Source of the DNA: Eledone cirrhosa
Taxonomy: Eukaryota
DNA length: 64,000 nucleotides
Assembly (NCBI GenBank): GCA_964016885.1
Contig: OZ024741.1
Location: 370,760,001-370,824,000, forward strand
Direction of reading: 5' to 3'
Shown here in pieces: positions 56,998 through 64,000 of the stretch. The position numbers and the translations under genes are program-made. The notes beneath the pieces are model-generated. The model worked only from the letters and a program-made list of their open reading frames with translations. It made no database searches and was not told where the DNA came from. The stretch's first letter is position 1; the number at the start of each line of letters is the position of its first letter.

Positions 56998-59272
56998 AGT
57001 TGCATTTATCTTGCTTTATGTTCATACGAGTTATCACCAAGTCACAACCAGTTACCTCAAGAGACAACAAGGTCCGCCATGTTCAAGAAAGCACATACAT
57101 ACTCACACATGCATCTTTAGTGTTTAGACTTGTGATGTACTTATATTGACAGAATCTTCCTTAGTATATGGGCAGTTCCCATTAGTACTATCTTTTGTAT
57201 TTCTCCTATACGCGGGTTTCCTGTGATTTGCGATAAGTAATCATTACACCCCTTAGGTATCATTCCCAGAGCGCCTACAACCACTGGTATTGTTTTAGTT
57301 CTCAATTTCCACATTTTTCCAATTTCTATCTCCAGATCCTTATACTTGCTCAATTTTTCAAATGTTTTTATAGATACATTCTTGTCTATTGGAACGGACA
57401 TATCAATTAACAGGCATACCCTCTTTTTAAAGTCCTTCAATATTATATCAGGTCTATTTGCATCTATTTTTCGGTCTGTTTGGATGCTAAAGTTCCACAA
57501 GATTGAGATGTGATCTTTTTCAAGTATGGGAGGTGGTTGATGCTCCCACCAATTCTTTTGATGGGGCAGGTCAAAATGCTTACACATTATCCAATGTATG
57601 TATTGTGCAGCTCTATCATGCCTGTTTAGGTATTCGGTTGGAGCTATAGGACTGCACATTGAAATTATATGGTCAATGGTCTCTGGTTGTTTTTTGCATA
57701 CACGGCACAATGGGCTGCATCCATTTCTTATTATGTTGGCTTGGTAATTTTTTATTGGCAGACACTGATTTTGTGCTGATATAATCAGTCCTTCAATCTC
57801 CGATTTCAGTCCAGAGGATGCCAACCACTGATGGGTTAAAGTTTTGTCAACATCAGGATTGTTAGCTCGTTCTGGGTATTTTCCATACAGAGGCTTTTCT
57901 TGCCATTTCTTAGCCAGTTTCTGTAGCAGTTCTTTCTTTGCAGTTACTTTTACCTGCTTTGCTTTTTCTGTGTTTTCCATTTCAGCGTAAATGGGATTTC
58001 TGAAATTTGTAGTCCATTACTGTATCTTTGTGCATCTTTTGTAATGGAGTATGATCTTTTGATGCTTTCGTGTTTCAAAACGATTTTGATCATCCAATCA
58101 TGTGATTCCCTTAGATATGTAGATAATCCAATTGTTGCAGTTTTCAACGCAATGTCTAACTGGATTAACCCACGTCCTCCTTCTTTCCTAGGGAGATATA
58201 TTCTATCTGTATCTGCCTTAGGGTGATGCATTCTGTGCATGGTTAAGACTTTTCGAATTTTTGTATCGAGCCTACGGATCTCTGTGCTTGACCAGTTGAT
58301 GACATTGTAACTGTAGGTTACTACTGGTATGGCAAGCGTGTTTATGGCATCGATCCTATTCCTTGCATTCAATTCCGTTCTTAAGATTGCTCTTACTCTG
58401 CGATAACATTCCTTCCTTATCCTTTCCCTCATTGTCGAGTGCTTTATTCCGTCTCCTTCACAAACACCTAGATATTTGTAAGTTTTTTCTTGGTCAAGTT
58501 CTCTTATCACGTTCCCCCGATCAAGATTAATGGCTGAACTCTTCAGCAGCTTTCCTCTGGTGAACGCTGCTTTGGCGCATTTATCTAGTCCAAAGTCCCT
58601 TTTAATGTCATCACTGAACTGCTTCACAGTGGATAATAGCCCTTGCAATTGTTCATCATTTTTTGCAAATAGTTTCAGGTCATCCATGTAGAACAAGTGA
58701 TTAATGGTTTTGTCATAGACTTTATATCCATGTTTTGTTTCATTGAGCATTTTACTTAATGGTATAAGTGCGATGCAGAATAAAAGCGGTGATAAAGAGT
58801 CACCCTGAAAAATTCCACAATTAATATTAACTTCTCCAGCTTCCAGTGATTTTGTTTCACTATTCAAAAGGAGTGTCGTTTTCCATGTCTTCATACTGAA
58901 TGACAAAAACCTCCTGACAACGGGGGATATTTTGAAAATCTCTAAACATTTTTCAATCCAACTGTGTGGCAAACTATCGAATGCTTTTTTTATAATCTAT
59001 CCAAGCAATCGATAGATATTTGTGTCTATTATGACAATCTTCCAGTATCATTTTGTTAACCAAAAGCTGATCCTTACAGCCATATGAGCCTCGTTTACAC
59101 CCTTTTTGCTCAATGGGAAATAGGTCATTTGTTATCAGGGGGTCATATGTATATTCAGTTAGGACTGAGGTTAAAATGTTATACATTGTGGTCAAGCAAG
59201 TTATCGGTCTGTAATTTTGGGGATTGTTTGTCTCATCATTCTTCGGAAGCAGGAATGGAATGCCGTTAACTA
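56997..59272 (-). mobile_element. R4/Dong LINE, copy 2, 5'-truncated and frameshifted
   Basis: Highly similar to 51980-54258; ORF pieces 57141-57980, 57950-58972 and 58974-59195; (ATT)n on both sides. Confidence 0.93.
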
Positions 59273-59298
59273 TTATTATTATTATTATTATTATTATT

Positions 59299-62200
59299 GA
59301 ATGCTATGGTTGACGGAGGCTCGGCTCTGTAAGGTATTGTAAATTTTGACCGCTATAACAAATGTAAATTGTTTAAAACTTTTACCAACTTGTAGACAAA
59401 AACACCCTCCTCCTCGTGAGAGGGGTCTTTCTGCCCGTTATTTGGCCCTTCGGGGTTAAATAACTGCTTATTGGGGTTTTGTGCCCAATATTTATTTTAA
59501 ACAAAAAAACAACATGGCTACGAAAAATAATTTTCATAGGTCATTCCCACTCATTCCGTCTTCTTCTTCCTCAATCGTCATTACAGCAGAGAGAAGATTG
59601 TCTCTCTCCCTCCCTTCTCTTTCGCAAGCGACGACAGAAAAGAAAAGTCACGTGCAAAGCGTGCAAGATTTCTCCACGACGACGACGACGAAACAGGTGT
59701 GCGGGAAATACGAAAACCCATTTTATTCGTCTGACGTCATGAATAATAGCAGTAGCAGCCGTAATAACAACAGCAACAGTGACAAGGAAAACAACAGTAG
59801 CAGCCGCAACAGCAACAGCAGCAGCATAAACAACAACAGCATTAGCAGCAGCAACAACAACAACAACCACAGCAACAGCGGCGGCGGCAGTAGTCGTAGT
59901 ACCTGCAGCAACAATAAAAGTAACAGCAGCTCTGACGACAACAACAACAATAACAACAGCAGCAAAGAAAAACCAATCTCGTTTGCAGGTATCGCGAAGA
60001 ACCTGGAAACCATCCTCATAACAAATGAGGAATTAGAGGAAGCGAAGAAGATGGTGACAAAAACCGGACACCGAGCAATCTGCAAGGCAGCGGAAAGATT
60101 TGTCGAAACCCAACAGCACTGTACGGTCACAACTGAAACTAAAATTAATATTAACACAAATAACGAGAGCAACAACAACAACAATGACATTATAAAAACC
60201 ACCCTCAGTTTCGCCAGAGTAGCAAAACAGTTCGAAGCATTTACAGTAACTCAGGAGGATTTAGAAAATGCCAAACAAATGGTAAAGAAAGATGGGTACA
60301 GGGTCAGCCTCACCCCCACCCCACCCCCCACACACACCTAATAAAATGGAGCATCGGCGCCTATGCACCGTGTCGTATCGAACAATAAATGTAAAATCGC
60401 GCCAAGTGGAACGGGCATCCGAGTCCCAAATCCAAAAGCTTTGGGACATGTGTGGGCAAGAAAAACCCACATCAGACGTGGGCAAAAGTATGGAACCGTG
60501 GACGTATTCTTTGAAACACCAGAGGAGGCTAGAGAACACTCCATAGCCCCATTAAGAAGTGACGACTTCACACTCGTCCCAAGCTATTGTGGCCAGAGAC
60601 TCGTAAAGATCAGGGTGACCCACGTTCCACCGGCCATCGAAATTCCCTGGCTAATAGCGGCCGTCCTCGCCGGCATCGAAGCCAACACAAAAATAATAGC
60701 AATAGCAAAAGAAAAGCAGGATAACTGGTCCGGATCTGGGATGGAGCTCCTGATCCAAGCAGACCAAAAAAGCATTGAGGAGATCCCAGAGTAATAGACC
60801 TCACTGACGGCAGCCACCTCACGGTAATTGTCGAGGGCAGAAGACCTAGGTGTGTCGTTTGTGGTGAAGGAACCCACCTAAGGGCTTTCTGCCCTCAGGC
60901 TAAAAGGTTGAGGCCACCTCTCCTACCCACCCCAGTGACACAACCATCAACACCACCAGTAGCAGAGATGGCAGCAACAACTGTAGCAGCAACAACAGAA
61001 ACAACTATAACAGCAACAACCCCAGCAACAGTAGCAAAATACAGAGGGAAACAAATAAACTAAGAAACAAAAAAGTTAGGACAGATATGCCATATCCACA
61101 CCAGCATCACCAACCCCATCAACCCAAACACCAACACCATCACCATCATTAACCCCAACACCACCATCACCTACACCACAAAAGTCACCAAAATGCGAAA
61201 CAGAAACAAACCCACAACAAACGCAAACAAAACAAAACAACCAAAACGATACACATTACACAGCATTAAATTTGAACAACAAGCAATTATTACACTACAT
61301 CCAACACAACACCAGCATCACAGAAAAAGACTACACAACAACCCCAAAATTCACACCACCTCCACACATAGAAATCACTCGCATCACACAGAAAACGTAC
61401 ATGACACTAAAACAAAAATTCCCCAAAGACATCGGAGACTTCCGACAAGCACTCTCCAGGAGGATTTATAAGGACATCCTTCCTGAGGAGGCCACAAGCA
61501 GTGAAAAGGATGGAAAAACCGTCCTTCCCCTACGAGAAGTAAGGTAAGTTGTCTTTCCCATCTTTTCCACTCCTTTTCAACATGACCTCACTCAGAATAG
61601 GCAGCATAAATGCGCGTGGCTTGGGGTCGTCATGGAAGCAGGGCCACCTGCTCAACGACCTCAGGTCACTAAACATAGATGTAGTGGCCATCAGCGAGAC
61701 CAGAATCTCCGAAGCACAGGCTTTCGCACCGATCTTCGGCGGCTACGATGTGTACGCATCTCCCAGCCGTCCGGGATCGGGGGGAGGAGTTGCTGTGCTT
61801 TTTCGGAGAGGTTTGGATCTTGCCATACGGGCCATCTTCCTGGACCCAGAAGGTAAGTTGGTGGTGCTGGACGTGACCAGCGGAGACGGGCAAGCTTTCA
61901 GGTTAGTGGCCGTCTATGCCCCGACAGGAGCAGGGCGGCCTGATTTCTTCCGGCGTCTGGAGACCTTTCTTGGAACGTCCCGCTCTTTAGTGTTAGTGGG
62001 CGACTGGAACGGGATCTTAGATGCACGCTGGGATTGTGTGGGATTAGAGGATAGGGGAGGAGGGTGCAAAAGTCTCACCAACCTGCTCAGACGTTTTGAA
62101 CTGTTTGACAGGTACCGAATGGATTTCCCGAATGTACCAATGTGGACTTGGACAAATCGCATAGGGTCATCCAGATCATATCTAGATAGAGTATTTTGTA

Positions 62201-64000
62201 GGGAAATAGATAGGTGTAGCATAGGCTGCCCACAATTCAAGATAGTCAGCTACACGGACCACAAATTCGTGATCTGTGTGCTTGACTTAGATAGGCTTCA
62301 TAGGCGAGGACCCGGCTACTGGAAGCTAAACGCGTCCTTACCAGCGCGCAAGGCCTACAGAGACCGGATTAGCGAACTAGTTAAGCGGGCGTTGACGAGG
62401 GCCATCGTCAACAACAAGTGGTGGTTTGCTCTGAAAAGAGCAATTAGAATAGAGTCCATTAGGTTTAGTAAGACTTTAGCAATAGAGAAAAATAGAGCAG
62501 AGTGAGAACTAGTTAGAAAATTAGATGAGGCGCTTAGCAAAGGCATCGCGACCGACGTACTTGCGGCGAAATTGGCCCTTGACCAATTCTTCAATGCAAA
62601 GCACGAAGGCTGCGTTGTCAGAGCTAGGGTGCGTGCTCTCAGACACGAGGGGACGAAAGCCGTTCAATGGGCCCGAGTGGCGGAGGCGCGTCGTGGTAAC
62701 AAAGCCACGATCCGGTCTTTGGTGGACCACGACGGGCGCATGCTACTCGATCCCGGGCAAATGTGTGAAGCTTTTCAGCGACACTTCGCTCAACTGTTCG
62801 GGGGCAGTGGCGGGCCGGATCGAGGGATGGACTTTAGTGTCTACCTCGACGGACTGCCGCGGCTTTCGGACACTGAGGCGGAGTGTTGCGAAAAGCCGAT
62901 AACAACCGCTGAAGTACGGGATGCAATGACTAGTTGCACAAGGGGTAAATCGCCTGGTTTGGATGGTCTGCCCTATGAACTTTACGTACAAATGCCAAGC
63001 TTGTTCGGAGGCCTCTTGGCGGACGTCTACTGCAACTGGCAACAGAACGGGAGAATTCCCAGCTCTGTGAGCCGAGGAGCGGTGGCGCTGCTGAGAAAGG
63101 ATCCGAACAAGGGGGATAACATAGATAATTTTAGGCCCATAACTCTGCTAAACACAGAGTTCAAGATTTTGGCCAAGGTGCTAGCAAAGAGGTTGGCGCT
63201 TGTCGTTAGTGGTCTGGTGGGAGAGGCACAGACATGCGCCATTCCCGACAGATCCATCCACGACAACCTCCACCTCATGCGATACATCGTAGAGAGGGTA
63301 GCTAAGGAACCTGGCACGGGTGGGTCTTTGATCAATTTAGATCAGTCGAAAGCCTTCGATAGGGTCAACCATCGTTACCTAGCGGCAGTCCTGAGGGCGG
63401 CTGGCTTTGGGCCCGTCTTCAGAGGCTGGATCGCTGCCATGCACAGCGACATCTGCTCTGTAGTGAGAGTGAACGGTCACCTTTCGGAACCGTTCAACAT
63501 CATGCGCTCGGTCCGCCAAGGATGTCCCCTCTCGTCCCTATTGTACGTATTGACTCTCGAGCCATTACTGCACAAACTGGAGACGTTGAGGGGGGTCCCG
63601 CGCGAACTAGGATGCGGAAGATCCGTGTCAGCATATGCCGACGATGTCACCGTAGTGGTGTCGAACGCCAAACACATCGAGGCGATCGGCACTACACTAA
63701 GAGAATACGAAGCGGTGACAGGAGCAATGATCAACCAGGAAAAGTCAGTGGGCCTGCAGCTCGGCACCTGGAGAGGCAGGTCCATGCCGTCCAACAGCGT
63801 CGTCGGGCGCTGGACGGACGGACCGGTTAAATTGCTAGGGGTCTGGTTCGGTCCAGACCTCCAGACGGACAAAAATTGGGACGAGGTGACAAGCAGGGTG
63901 GCTTCTCTCACCCAGAAATGGGCCGAGAGGAAGCTATCCCTGAAAGGTCGAGCGGAGGTGGCGAATGCGTACATCGCATCCGTCATCTACTACCGCCTGA
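59299..64000 (+). mobile_element. L1/Tx1-type LINE, copy 2 (runs off the window) with chimeric ORF1
   Basis: 5' end matches 46175; ORF1 59514-61547 with frameshifts and CVVCGEGTHLRAFC knuckle; ORF2 from 61582. Confidence 0.92.
61582..64000 (+). pseudogene. L1/Tx1 ORF2 with intact GDWN and YADD motifs but a premature TGA at 62503-62505
   Basis: Colinear with 48596-50690; GGA to TGA change; SAYADDVTV near 63628-63654. Confidence 0.9.

Noticed and set aside
62503-62505. In-frame TGA as selenocysteine or programmed readthrough
   Set aside because: Copy 1 has GGA (Gly) at this site, so it is a simple nonsense mutation.
63589-63915. Segment missing from Tx1 copy 1 as a spliced intron
   Set aside because: It ends in a pyrimidine tract plus CAG, but the 5' boundary is AG/GG rather than GT; microhomology deletion is simpler.

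Overview
Eukaryotic, AT-rich, microsatellite-saturated intergenic or intronic DNA. The repeat content is most consistent with an octopus-type cephalopod genome (inference only). No host protein-coding gene could be supported, and nearly all ORFs in the track are simple-repeat artefacts. The real coding content is transposable elements: two L1/Tx1-type LINEs (APE+RT) plus 3' remnants of a sister family; two R4/Dong-type LINEs (RT+restriction-like endonuclease) plus remnants; a Neptune-type and a Hydra-type Penelope-like element (PLE); CRE and RTE fragments; two Helitrons; a mariner fossil interrupted by a hAT MITE; and many copies of a tRNA-derived SINE. The most notable patterns are (1) a ~18 kb stack of retroelements with different endonuclease classes all inserted in (ATT)n tracts with strict strand polarity, alongside families using (GATA)n and (TA)n; (2) several minimal hammerhead ribozymes, including one that is the only major asymmetry in a ~365-bp palindrome; (3) a possible SINE/Tx1 3'-end partnership; (4) a chimeric ORF1 and a doubly catalytically dead but open ORF2; (5) a dense pseudoknot upstream of the Dong ORF. 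All calls were made by eye without database searches.
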